The position numbers and the translations under genes are program-made. A stretch of 64,000 bases of DNA. Source: Dehalococcoidales bacterium (GTDB lineage: Bacteria; Chloroflexota; Dehalococcoidia; Dehalococcoidales; UBA1222). Of this stretch, positions 21,085 through 30,011 are shown in pieces. Location of the stretch: NCBI GenBank assembly GCA_016284035.1, contig JAEEOC010000057.1:4903-68902 (forward strand), given 5' to 3'. Within the stretch, counting starts at the first letter, position 1, and each line of letters opens with the position of its first letter. The notes below the pieces were generated by a model, which was not told the origin of the DNA, searched no databases, and was given only the letters and a program-made list of their open reading frames with translations.

Positions 21085-22311
21085 TTATTTTTTCAAGGGA
21101 AGGATTACTGTGAAACGAATCTTACCCTCTGCGCAGGAAACTGCGATATTGCCGCCATGTTTCTCAGATACAGCCTTCGCGATCGAAAGCCCCAGACCAT
21201 AATGCTGGTCTTCACTGTTTCGCGCTTCATCGATACGATAGAAACGATCGAATAAATGCTCCTGTTTCTCCAGAGGGATCTCCTCACCGTCATTGATAGT
21301 GCTCAGGACAGCAGTATGACCCTGATGCTTCAATGTCACCTCGATCTTTTCTCCGTCAGAATGCCTTACAGCATTATCCAGCAATATGGAAACCAATTGT
21401 GTGAGTTGGTTTTTATTGCCCATGACAAATAAGTCATCTTCAACATCACACTCAAGAATCTTTCCCTTTTCAAAGGCAAGACTTTCAAACGCCAAGGCCT
21501 CACCTGTTGCAACACGAGAAAAATCCACTGGTTCCATCGGTGTGTCGGAATTCTCTGCACGGGAAAGATCTAGTAGCTGTTTCACTAGTTCGCCCATGCG
21601 GTCATTCTCATACTGTATATTTGAAAGCCATTCATTATTACCCAGTTCTCTTGAGAGCATTTCCGCATTTGCACTTATCACAGAAACCGGAGTCTTCAGT
21701 TCATGACTAGCATCGGAAATGAACCGCTTCTGTTTACGGTCATTTTCTTCCAACGGACGGATGATCCTTTTCGACAGCCCTAAAGAAATGAAAAACAACA
21801 GTACAAGTGCAACACCTCCGACGATGAAGACATAGCGTACAAGAGTATTAAGACTGCCTTCTGCAACAGTATTATCCAAAAAGGCCACTAGGGTGTATTC
21901 AGACCTGTGGTCAACGATATACATCAATTTGTCTTTCTCGCCTTTGGTCTTAGCAAGAAGCTCCCTGGCAAGGCTGACAAGATCTTCTTCGCTGTAAATG
22001 TCCCGTCCGCTGTTATCGATGGCCAGTATTGAGCCATCCTTTGCAAAAGCTACAGAATAAAATGTGGAAAGCTGGTAATCCGGCCTTTCGTCTATCGGGC
22101 GACCATGATCATCGGGTGCAGGGCCAGGTACCGGCCTGTCTGAATCATGCTCCAGGGTATATGTCTCAACATAACGCTCCAGCATGTTCATATTGCGCTG
22201 GCGGACATCATGAAAACTGGCAGCTATGATCACTGTGATCGTAACTGCAAACAGCAGGATGAGAGAACCCATGATAGATACGATGATCTTATTCCTGGAT
22301 CTGTTAAACAT
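21085..22311 (-). CDS. Sensor histidine kinase (two TM, HisKA + HATPase_c)
   Basis: 408 aa with H-box SHELKTPV, N-box LLDNAVRHS and G-boxes DEARNSEDQHYGLGLSIAK. Confidence 0.9.
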   Translation of the reverse strand: MFNRSRNKIIVSIMGSLILLFAVTITVIIAASFHDVRQRNMNMLERYVETYTLEHDSDRPVPGPAPDDHGRPIDERPDYQLSTFYSVAFAKDGSILAIDNSGRDIYSEEDLVSLARELLAKTKGEKDKLMYIVDHRSEYTLVAFLDNTVAEGSLNTLVRYVFIVGGVALVLLFFISLGLSKRIIRPLEENDRKQKRFISDASHELKTPVSVISANAEMLSRELGNNEWLSNIQYENDRMGELVKQLLDLSRAENSDTPMEPVDFSRVATGEALAFESLAFEKGKILECDVEDDLFVMGNKNQLTQLVSILLDNAVRHSDGEKIEVTLKHQGHTAVLSTINDGEEIPLEKQEHLFDRFYRIDEARNSEDQHYGLGLSIAKAVSEKHGGNIAVSCAEGKIRFTVILPLKK

Positions 22312-22990
22312 CTTTTTCTCTCAGTTCGTATCCCAGTCCACGAACTGCCTTTATCTCCACCCTGGAACCGACAAATGCCAATTTCTTACGGGTAAAAGAC
22401 ATATACACTTCGACATTATTGTATTCTGCTTCATTATCAAAACCCCATATCTTCACCGCAAGCTGTTCGCGTGACATGATCTGTCCATGATTGCTGAGCA
22501 TATATTCAAGGATCCTAAGCTCTTTTTCTCCAAGACGGATACTCTGCCCGCTGGATTCACAAGTCAAAGTTGCGATAGATGCATCCAATGAAAGGTCTCC
22601 ATACCGCAATAGGTTTACTTCCTGAAAACTGGCGCTTCTGCGGCCAAGGGCCCTGAGTCTGGCAAGGAGTTCTTTGGTCTGAAACGGTTTTGTCAGATAA
22701 TCATCTGCGCCGCTGTCAAGACCGATAACCATATCATCCAACTGACTTTTAGCCGTCAGCATCAAGATCGGGGTCTTGATTCCTTTGTTCCTTGCATGGC
22801 GGGCGACATCGAATCCATTCATCTCCGGCATCATGACATCAAGGACCGCCAAATCATACACTCCGCTCTCCAGCGCAGAAAGCGCGGATGCGCCGTCTTC
22901 AAAGTGATCGACATCGTACTTTTCCTGTTTGAGCAGAGCCACAAGGGCAGCGGCCATTCTTTTTTCGTCTTCAGCTAAAAGGATCCTCAT
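22304..22990 (-). CDS. OmpR-family response regulator
   Basis: 228 aa with a receiver domain (MRILLAEDE...DLAVLDVMMP...LTAK) and a winged-helix C-terminus (EFNVEVYMSFTRKKL...VRGLGY). It overlaps the kinase gene by 8 nt. Confidence 0.93.
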   Translation of the reverse strand: MRILLAEDEKRMAAALVALLKQEKYDVDHFEDGASALSALESGVYDLAVLDVMMPEMNGFDVARHARNKGIKTPILMLTAKSQLDDMVIGLDSGADDYLTKPFQTKELLARLRALGRRSASFQEVNLLRYGDLSLDASIATLTCESSGQSIRLGEKELRILEYMLSNHGQIMSREQLAVKIWGFDNEAEYNNVEVYMSFTRKKLAFVGSRVEIKAVRGLGYELREKDV

Positions 22991-23058
22991 ATCATTACAT
23001 CCTTATATCTGTAATGATACACCACAAGATTGAAGAAAGATTGAAATGATATCTGATG

Positions 23059-23460
23059 TCATTCGATATCGAAACGGAACTCACCATCATCACAGTTTCC
23101 GCTCGTCTCAACGATCACATACACTGTACCCTTATCGATACGAACCAGTGATGATTTCTCACCGTCCCCGCCTCTGACAGTAAAAAGCTCCTGTTTAGCG
23201 CCATTGCAGTCACAGAAAACGGTGGCGCTGCCTTCGCCGAGTTTGGCTGAATATCTTAATAGTCCATTCTCGGCCCCGTTTTTCATCTTGAAGACCATGG
23301 TACCTTCAAAATGTGAAAAGGTCATGAATGACGAATCTGACGTATTTGAATGAACGAAAGCAATTGCCTTGTAATGGGATGTATATCCCCCACATCCCAC
23401 CAGACAAACAGCTGACATGATCATCATTACTGCAATCAGGGCACCGATTATTTTTTTCAT
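23059..23460 (-). CDS. Small lipoprotein, unknown function
   Basis: 133 aa with a signal peptide and lipobox (AVCLVGC-GG). It is the first gene of the apparent lipoprotein-RR-HK-lipoprotein string. Confidence 0.6.
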   Translation of the reverse strand: MKKIIGALIAVMMIMSAVCLVGCGGYTSHYKAIAFVHSNTSDSSFMTFSHFEGTMVFKMKNGAENGLLRYSAKLGEGSATVFCDCNGAKQELFTVRGGDGEKSSLVRIDKGTVYVIVETSGNCDDGEFRFDIE

Positions 23461-23475
23461 ATCGATAAACCTTTC

Positions 23476-23512
23476 CTAAAAGAAGAGCCGTTCATGTATG
23501 AACGGCTCTTCT
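23476..23512 (-). terminator. Intrinsic terminator after the purine permease gene
   Basis: AGAAGAGCCGTTCAT / ATGAACGGCTCTTCT inverted repeat followed by TTTT on the minus strand. Confidence 0.6.
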
Positions 23513-23536
23513 CTATCAATGTCATGACACTGTTGT

Positions 23537-24946
23537 TTAGTGTGTCAGTAAGAGCATCGCGACAAAGAGTGCTGCGATGATCCAAGTTGCAAGCTTGATC
23601 TCCTTGATTCGGCCGATGAAAGCATTGATGGCGATGAAACCGAAGATACCAAATGCGATACCGTAAGAGATGTTGTAGGTAAAGGGCATGAACGAGATGG
23701 TCAAGAAGGCAGGAACCGCAACTTCGATCTTGTCCCATTCAATCTTGCCGATAGACTGAATCATAAGGACACCGACATAGATCAGAGCAGCCGCAGTGGC
23801 ACAACCAGGAATTAGCTGGGCGACAGGGCTAAGGAACATTGCAACAAGGAAGAACAATGCGGTGAACATTGCTGAAAGACCGGTTCGACCGCCTTCAGCA
23901 ACACCAGAAGCAGATTCAACAAAGGTTGTAACTGTTGATGTACCGCAGATTGCACCAGTGGTAGTGGCTACAGCGTCAGCCAACATAGCCTTGTTGAGGT
24001 TGATAACTTCGCCGTTCTCATCGACGAGACTGCCACGATCACAGGTAGCATGGAGAGTGCCAAGAGTATCGAACATATCGACCAAACAGAAGGCCAATAC
24101 TGAAGTGATGATGACAAGGATCATGTTGGCAGAGCCATGAGCGGCAGAGTAAGCAGAGAAGTCGAAACCTTCAGTGAACACCTTGCCGAATGCCTGGGTA
24201 CCGAAATCAGAGAATGCAGTGAATGGACTTGAAATGGCGACGCCCAGGTTCTCGTAGAAACCAGGAATGGTGAGACCGAGCAGATAATACAAAGCCATAC
24301 CAAAAATGACGCCCAGGAAGACAGCACCTTTTACATTCCTCTTGGACAGGATACCGATGACAAAGAATGCGATAATAGTAACGACCATCGGCATGATGTC
24401 ACCCCATGAAAGATTCAAAAGGTTGAATGAACCTAATGCTACGCCTGTTGATGAATCAGCGACGACGATGCCAGCGTTCTGAAGACCGAGGAATGCGATG
24501 AAGAGACCGATACCGGCGGAGATGGCTTTCTTGACCGCATCCGGGATCGCATAGAAGATCTTCTGTCGGAGACCAGTGACAGTGAGGAGTATGAAGACTA
24601 CACCGTCGATCAATACCAGGACTAATGCGTTTGCGTAAGAGAAACCGAAACCTACGCACATCGTATAGACGAAGAACGCATTGAGACCCATGCCAGAAGC
24701 CATTGCTAACGGCAGGTTAGCAAGAAGACCAACCAGGACAGTGCCGACGATTGCAGAGATAGCAGTCGCGATATAGATAGCACCATATGAAACGCCGAGA
24801 ACGTTGGTTCCATCACCAAAAGGATTCGCAAACATGTTGGAGTTCACGATAAGGATGTAAACCATCGCGAAGAACGTGGTCAGACCAGCGAAGAATTCGG
24901 TCCTGACCGTAGTTCCGTGTTCTTTTAGTTTAAAGAACTTTTCCAC
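23537..24946 (-). CDS. NCS2/AzgA-family purine (adenine/guanine/hypoxanthine) permease
   Basis: 469 aa with the N-terminus EKFFKLKEHGTTVRTEFFAGLTTFFAMVYI, characteristic of the PbuG/AzgA group. It has a GTG start behind a GAGGGAGGG ribosome-binding site. Confidence 0.88.
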   Translation of the reverse strand: MEKFFKLKEHGTTVRTEFFAGLTTFFAMVYILIVNSNMFANPFGDGTNVLGVSYGAIYIATAISAIVGTVLVGLLANLPLAMASGMGLNAFFVYTMCVGFGFSYANALVLVLIDGVVFILLTVTGLRQKIFYAIPDAVKKAISAGIGLFIAFLGLQNAGIVVADSSTGVALGSFNLLNLSWGDIMPMVVTIIAFFVIGILSKRNVKGAVFLGVIFGMALYYLLGLTIPGFYENLGVAISSPFTAFSDFGTQAFGKVFTEGFDFSAYSAAHGSANMILVIITSVLAFCLVDMFDTLGTLHATCDRGSLVDENGEVINLNKAMLADAVATTTGAICGTSTVTTFVESASGVAEGGRTGLSAMFTALFFLVAMFLSPVAQLIPGCATAAALIYVGVLMIQSIGKIEWDKIEVAVPAFLTISFMPFTYNISYGIAFGIFGFIAINAFIGRIKEIKLATWIIAALFVAMLLLTH

Positions 24947-25271
24947 TTTTCCCTCCCTCTATCATTTTGGGTAATAAAGATGTCTTTATATATGCACAAC
25001 AACCCGATCCTTCAGATTTCCGCATCCGGTTTTGCTATCAAAGATTTAGCTCTGCCCAAACACTTCTTTCCTATGCATCAGCTGCTGAAAAGTGTCCCGC
25101 CTGCATGTAGTGCGCTTCTCTATAGTTTTGTTAATGAAAGCTAAGGTTAAGTTGGATGTAAAAATTGTATTGAAATAAGATATGTTTTTCAAGACTCATA
25201 CAAAGCTAAAAAGACCTGCTAAACACTCTTCTTTCTTTATTTATCATGCAAAAAGACTGATAATTATTGAC

Positions 25272-26645
25272 ATGAATTCCGTAAAGAGCGATTTTTCTCA
25301 AGGCGATATCAAGAAGACGATAGTCCGCCTGGCGTTGCCCTTGGTACTTGCCCAGATCGTCAACGGTCTTTATAACATCGTCGACCGCGTATTCATCGGA
25401 CAGCTCGGAGAAATAGGTCGGACTGCTCTCACAGGCGTCGGAGTCGCAGCTCCCGTCATCATGATCACAACCGCTTTTGCTTTGCTATGGGGACTGGGGG
25501 GCACACCATTCTTCTCTATCGAACGCGGTAAAGGCGACACTGAAAAAGCTCGTCAATACATGGGGAATTCATTCGCGATGCTGATAATCACAGCAGTCGT
25601 CATCACGATCATCGGCCTTCTCATCAAAGACAAAGCGCTTTTCTGGTGCGGAGCCAGCGAAGAGACCTTTCCCTACGCCAATACTTACCTGACGATCTGC
25701 CTGCTCGGAAGCATCTTCTCAATGGTCTCTCTGGGAATGAACAGTTTTATTTCCGCCCAGGGTTTTCCGCGAATCAGTATGATGACAATCATCATCGGCG
25801 CAGTCATCAACCTGATACTTGATCCCATCTTCATTTATGTCCTGGGCATGGGCGTGCTCGGCGCAGCTATCGCAACAGTCATCTCACAGCTCGTATCAGC
25901 CGTCTGGGTCGTACGATTCCTGACAGGCCCTAACGCTATCTTGAGGCTGACCCTCAGTTCTATGTCTCTGAAAAAAGCTTTGATCGTTAAGATCCTAGGG
26001 CTGGGAACCAGTGAATTCGTCATGCGTTTCACGACGAGCATCGTCTACATCGCAATCAATGCTTCTCTCCTCTTCTACGGAGGAGACCTCTATGTCACGG
26101 TCGGTACCGTCATCAATTCCCTCAGAGATCTTATGATCCATCCGATTGCAGGTTTTGCCAGCGGAGCACAGCCTTTCCTGAGCTATAACTACGGAGCCAA
26201 CCGCCCGGACCGCGTCCATAAGGGAATCAAATTCATGGGCATCGTCTGTATCTCTCTCAGCATCCTGACTTCGGTCACGCTGGTTGCATTCCCGATACCA
26301 TTCATCAGACTGTTCAATTCCGACCCGGCACTTATCGAAGCAGCCGTACCGGCACTCAGGATATTCTTCGTCCTGTTCGGCTTCCTGAGCTTACAGATGG
26401 TTGGTCAGTACACTTTCGTAGGTCTGGGCATGAGCAAACAGGCGATCTTCTTCTCGATCTGGAGAAAAGTCATCATCCTGATCCCGTTGATGCTGATCCT
26501 GCCAAGACACATGGGCGTAATGGGAATCTTCTGGGCCGAGCCGGTATCAGATACGATAGGCGGTCTCTGCTGTTTCCTGACCATGTATTTCATGGTCTAC
26601 CGAAAGCTGAAAAAAGACGCTGCTCCGTTTATTGCTTCGCCTTGA
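25272..26645 (+). CDS. MATE-family efflux transporter
   Basis: 12-TM protein. From the ATG at 25272 it reads MNSVKSDFSQGDIKKTIVRLALPLVLAQIVNGLYNIVDRVFIG, a typical MATE N-terminus. The track ORF starts 90 nt earlier. Confidence 0.88.
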   Translation: MNSVKSDFSQGDIKKTIVRLALPLVLAQIVNGLYNIVDRVFIGQLGEIGRTALTGVGVAAPVIMITTAFALLWGLGGTPFFSIERGKGDTEKARQYMGNSFAMLIITAVVITIIGLLIKDKALFWCGASEETFPYANTYLTICLLGSIFSMVSLGMNSFISAQGFPRISMMTIIIGAVINLILDPIFIYVLGMGVLGAAIATVISQLVSAVWVVRFLTGPNAILRLTLSSMSLKKALIVKILGLGTSEFVMRFTTSIVYIAINASLLFYGGDLYVTVGTVINSLRDLMIHPIAGFASGAQPFLSYNYGANRPDRVHKGIKFMGIVCISLSILTSVTLVAFPIPFIRLFNSDPALIEAAVPALRIFFVLFGFLSLQMVGQYTFVGLGMSKQAIFFSIWRKVIILIPLMLILPRHMGVMGIFWAEPVSDTIGGLCCFLTMYFMVYRKLKKDAAPFIASP

Positions 26646-26958
26646 GCGAAAGAATAAAAAAGATGACACCGCCACCGGCAAAGACACCGCCGGCGATATA
26701 AAGATACATTGAATACTTTTCGATCTGACTTGCTGCCAAGAGCAGAATAGCCCCGATGAACGCAAATGCGATCGCTGCATACCTGAGAGTCTGAACTGCA
26801 TTGCCGGACGGCTTGGCCGGAGCGCTGCTGCTATTAGCAGATGAAGACGCTTTCTTTGCCTTGGCGTTCTTCTTCCTGCCCATAAATATCTTGCCCGCGA
26901 ATACCACGACCACGACAACGGCAACGATGATAAGTATTTCTTGAACGCTCAGTCTCAT
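26629..26958 (-). CDS. Small membrane protein, unknown function
   Basis: 109 aa with an N-terminal TM helix, a Lys/Ser/Ala-rich linker and two C-terminal TM helices. Its 3' end overlaps the MATE gene 3' end by 17 nt (convergent). Confidence 0.45.
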   Translation of the reverse strand: MRLSVQEILIIVAVVVVVVFAGKIFMGRKKNAKAKKASSSANSSSAPAKPSGNAVQTLRYAAIAFAFIGAILLLAASQIEKYSMYLYIAGGVFAGGGVIFFILSLKAKQ

Positions 26959-27050
26959 ATATCTGTACCTAAATCTAAAGTAGTATTAGGATAGCACATC
27001 CAGGAAGATTTTTATTGACTATTTGACGGACATGTGGGTAGACTTTTTTT

Positions 27051-27641
27051 GTGAAAATAATCGGTGTTACAGGTTTAATGGGAAGCGGAAAGAGCACTGT
27101 CTGTAACATGCTCGTCGACCTTGGTGCAAAAAAGATCGATGCCGATGAGGTAGGTCACAGCGTATATCTTCCCGGAACCCCCGGCTATAAAGCCGTCATA
27201 GATGCATTCGGAAACGGCATCACAGATCTTGCTGGAGTCATCGACCGCAAGAAGCTGAGCAATATCGTATTTGAAGATGAGTCCAAACGCCTGCTTTTAA
27301 ACAAGATCACGCATCCCCTCATCGAACAGTCCATCCGTACACAACTCAAAGAATATAAAGACCAGGGTGTAGACGTAGTCGCTCTCGAGGCTGCGTTGCT
27401 GATAGAGGCCGGTTATACCAAAATCGTCAACGAAGTCTGGCTGACAGTAGCTCCTCTGGAAGTGCTCATCGAAAGACTGCATAAATCCCGCGGAATGGAT
27501 AAGAACGATGTTATGCGTAGGATACGAACACAGCTATCCATAAACGAAATGCGCAAAGAAGCTGATAACGTCATAGCAACGACCAATCCCATCCCCTATG
27601 TGGCGGAAAGGGTCCGCTATCTCTATAATCATCTTAAGTAA
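27051..27641 (+). CDS. coaE: Dephospho-CoA kinase
   Basis: 196 aa with a GTG start, P-loop GVTGLMGSGKST and the motif DADEVGH. Confidence 0.92.
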   Translation: MKIIGVTGLMGSGKSTVCNMLVDLGAKKIDADEVGHSVYLPGTPGYKAVIDAFGNGITDLAGVIDRKKLSNIVFEDESKRLLLNKITHPLIEQSIRTQLKEYKDQGVDVVALEAALLIEAGYTKIVNEVWLTVAPLEVLIERLHKSRGMDKNDVMRRIRTQLSINEMRKEADNVIATTNPIPYVAERVRYLYNHLK

Positions 27642-27642
27642 T

Positions 27643-28146
27643 ATGAACAAGTCTCTCATCAAACGACATATCATTTTTTGGGCCATTGCGCTTGCCGGTA
27701 TCGGACTCGACCAGCTTGCAAAATACTTGGTACAGACCCATATAGAGCTCAACTCTGTCATAAAGATATGGTGGATATTCGGCATCTCACACATCCACAA
27801 TACCGGAGCGGCCTGGGGCATCTTCAAGAACAGCACGACGCTTTTGGCGATCTTCTCGACTGTTGCAGCAATAGCCATCGCAATCTTCTTTCTCGTATTC
27901 AGCCACAAGATCAAATTCATGCGACCGACAGCTTTTACGATTGCTTTTTCACTGATCTTCAGCGGAACCGTCGGCAATCTGATCGACAGGGCATTCGTCG
28001 GTTATGTAACTGACTTCATCCAGGTTGGCAGCTTCCCCAATTTCAATATCGCTGACTCCTGCATCGTATGCGGCAGCATCCTCTTGGCGATACTGCTCAT
28101 CTTTTTCTCCAAAGAAGAATCTTCTGATCAAGAAGAAAACGACTGA
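27643..28146 (+). CDS. lspA: Lipoprotein signal peptidase II
   Basis: From the ATG at 27643 it reads MNKSLIKRHIIFWAIALAGIGLDQLAKY, with NTGAAWG and VTDFI...FNIADS motifs. The track ORF starts inside coaE. Confidence 0.92.
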   Translation: MNKSLIKRHIIFWAIALAGIGLDQLAKYLVQTHIELNSVIKIWWIFGISHIHNTGAAWGIFKNSTTLLAIFSTVAAIAIAIFFLVFSHKIKFMRPTAFTIAFSLIFSGTVGNLIDRAFVGYVTDFIQVGSFPNFNIADSCIVCGSILLAILLIFFSKEESSDQEEND

Positions 28147-29045
28147 TGTATTCAGTATCTGTAACATCCGATGATGACGGTCTCCGCATCGATCGTTTTT
28201 TAGCAGACTACTTCGCTGAGTTCTCCCGCAGTTTTATCCAGAAAATGATCGTCAACAACGACATCCTGGTCAATGGCAGCCCAGTCAAAGCCAGTTATAA
28301 GGTCCAGGAAGACGACCTGATCTCAATTACAGAGCCTGCGGCTGAACCATCACCATTGACACCAGAGGACATACCCCTGGACATCGTATATGAAGACGAT
28401 GATGTCCTGGCCGTCAATAAACAGGCGGGTCTCCCGACACATCCAGCGGTAGGGCATCGTACACATACCCTTGTCAATGCTCTGCTTTGGTATCTGCCGA
28501 ATCTGCCTGACGCCGATACTCCGGAGAGACCGGGGATCGTCCATAGACTAGACATGGACACCTCCGGCATCATCCTTGTAGCTAAAAACAGCTTTGCCAT
28601 GGCCAACCTTAATGCCCAGTTCCAGGAAAGGACTATACATAAAAAGTATTGGGCGTTGGTATTCGGCGGGATAAAGGAACCGAAATTCATCATCGACAGA
28701 CCCATCGGCAGGAACCCCAAGAACCGCCAGAAGATGTGTATCGACATGAACGGCAAAGAAGCCAAAACCACATTCGAAGTGCTGGATATCTATGACGGAT
28801 TATCCTTTGTGGAGGCATCTCCACATACTGGAAGAACTCATCAGATCAGGGTCCACCTTGCATCGATAGGGCATCCAATCGTATCCGATGAGACATACGG
28901 GAAACTGCATCCGCTCTTCCCCAGGCAGTTCCTGCATGCGCATGAGATCTCTTTCAAACAGCCGCATACGCAGAAAGAGATCACGTTAAATACGGAATTG
29001 CCCGACGATTTAAACGAGGGTTTCAAAAAGATAAAGGGTGAATAA
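28146..29045 (+). CDS. rluD: RluA/RluD-family 23S rRNA pseudouridine synthase
   Basis: 299 aa with an N-terminal S4 domain, the catalytic HRLDMDTSGIILVAK motif and a HQIRVH motif. Confidence 0.92.
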   Translation: MYSVSVTSDDDGLRIDRFLADYFAEFSRSFIQKMIVNNDILVNGSPVKASYKVQEDDLISITEPAAEPSPLTPEDIPLDIVYEDDDVLAVNKQAGLPTHPAVGHRTHTLVNALLWYLPNLPDADTPERPGIVHRLDMDTSGIILVAKNSFAMANLNAQFQERTIHKKYWALVFGGIKEPKFIIDRPIGRNPKNRQKMCIDMNGKEAKTTFEVLDIYDGLSFVEASPHTGRTHQIRVHLASIGHPIVSDETYGKLHPLFPRQFLHAHEISFKQPHTQKEITLNTELPDDLNEGFKKIKGE

Positions 29046-29055
29046 AAAAGAAAAA

Positions 29056-29127
29056 TGGCAACGGGTAGATTCGAACTACCGACCAAGGGCTTATGAGTCC
29101 CCTGCTCTACCACTGAGCCACGTTGCC
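29056..29127 (-). tRNA. tRNA with CAU anticodon (elongator Met or Ile2/lysidine type), CCA not encoded
   Basis: Hand-folded. The acceptor stem is GGCAACG/CGTTGCC, the anticodon loop is CTCATAA and the T arm is GGTAG-TTCGAAT-CTACC. A G1-C72 pair argues against an initiator. Confidence 0.85.
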
Positions 29128-29220
29128 ATGTTTGTTAATAGTACTTTGGCATGGTTGTTTTGTCAAACATTATGGTTCTCAAAAAAGCCCATGCTCCAAC
29201 ATCTAACATGAGACACAGTA

Positions 29221-29889
29221 TTACTGTTTCCTAAATATGTCTATCGACTCACCATTTATTGTCTTCCAAACTTTCCACCCATTCTCGGCATGCCCCGTAA
29301 CCCAAGCAGCAGTAGATGGTGCATTGCATACAACATCCTCTAATAGTTTATTATTTTTCTTAGGAGCAAGCTTCAAATCAGCAGGATATTTTAGCTTATC
29401 ACAAGGACAACAATCAGAGTTTTTCTTTAGTATGAATTTACCATCCCTGACAACCATAGTCGCTTTTACGATTCCGATTCCCGATACTTTTTTCTCCAAG
29501 TAATACTCACCTTCTGGAATCTTCGCTCGGTCTTCGGCATCTTTACGATTTGCAAAAGCGTCCCTAAACACTTCTTCTTTGGTCTCATCTTTAGGGAACA
29601 CTTGGCGTCCTTCAAACGATGTTAACAACTGAATAACTAGATTTACATCAACAGCAAATAATTCGGAATTTTGCAATCTGCTTTTCTCAAACAAGCTGTG
29701 GAGAAGGTTTTCTTTTTCATCAAAGTCTTCAACTTCAATTGCAAATTTTCGTTTTAAACCTACAACGTTGTTATATCCATTACGTTCGAGATTATACATT
29801 CTCGATTCGAACTGGTCTGTTCCCGTTTTACCTATCTTAATCAAACCTGGGACAACTGATTCCATTATGTAGATAACACCTTTAGACAT
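29221..29889 (-). CDS. GIY-YIG-like T5orf172/MUG113-domain protein with a DUF4357-like C-terminal domain
   Basis: 222 aa. The N-terminus GVIYIMESVVPGLIKIGKTGTDQFESRMYNL...ELFAV matches my recollection of the T5orf172 domain. The C-terminus (...SPSTAAWVTGHAENGWKVWK) resembles DUF4357. It is markedly AT-rich relative to its neighbours. Confidence 0.65.
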   Translation of the reverse strand: MSKGVIYIMESVVPGLIKIGKTGTDQFESRMYNLERNGYNNVVGLKRKFAIEVEDFDEKENLLHSLFEKSRLQNSELFAVDVNLVIQLLTSFEGRQVFPKDETKEEVFRDAFANRKDAEDRAKIPEGEYYLEKKVSGIGIVKATMVVRDGKFILKKNSDCCPCDKLKYPADLKLAPKKNNKLLEDVVCNAPSTAAWVTGHAENGWKVWKTINGESIDIFRKQ

Positions 29890-30011
29890 TGGGGGCCTCC
29901 TCCCACGTCAAGCACTATGCATATTATTACAGAAAACATTATCACAAGTCGTTTTGTCTCTTGAAAGGTAATGTTGATTAACCTTCTTGATTATAGTGTT
30001 ATACTTCTTTC

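Noticed and set aside
23457-23738. A 93-aa ORF overlapping the 3' end of the purine permease gene and its terminator.
   Set aside because: It is in a different frame on the same strand as a strongly supported permease and runs across the terminator hairpin, so it is spurious.
26547-26924. A 125-aa ORF overlapping the 109-aa membrane-protein ORF in another frame on the same strand.
   Set aside because: The 109-aa frame gives clean TM helices. The 125-aa frame is Arg/Ser/Trp-rich with no features. Only one can be real, and even the 109-aa call is modest.
28841-29113. A 90-aa ORF overlapping the CAU tRNA. A 92-aa ORF at 46402-46680 likewise overlaps tRNA-Pro.
   Set aside because: Both are explained by the tRNA genes and flanking non-coding sequence.
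29056-30011. Possible tRNA-targeted integrative element.
   Set aside because: No integrase or excisionase is present, and I could not see a direct repeat of the tRNA 3' end. The AT-rich gene lies on the 5' side of the tRNA rather than at its 3' end. It is kept only as a compositional islet (see findings).
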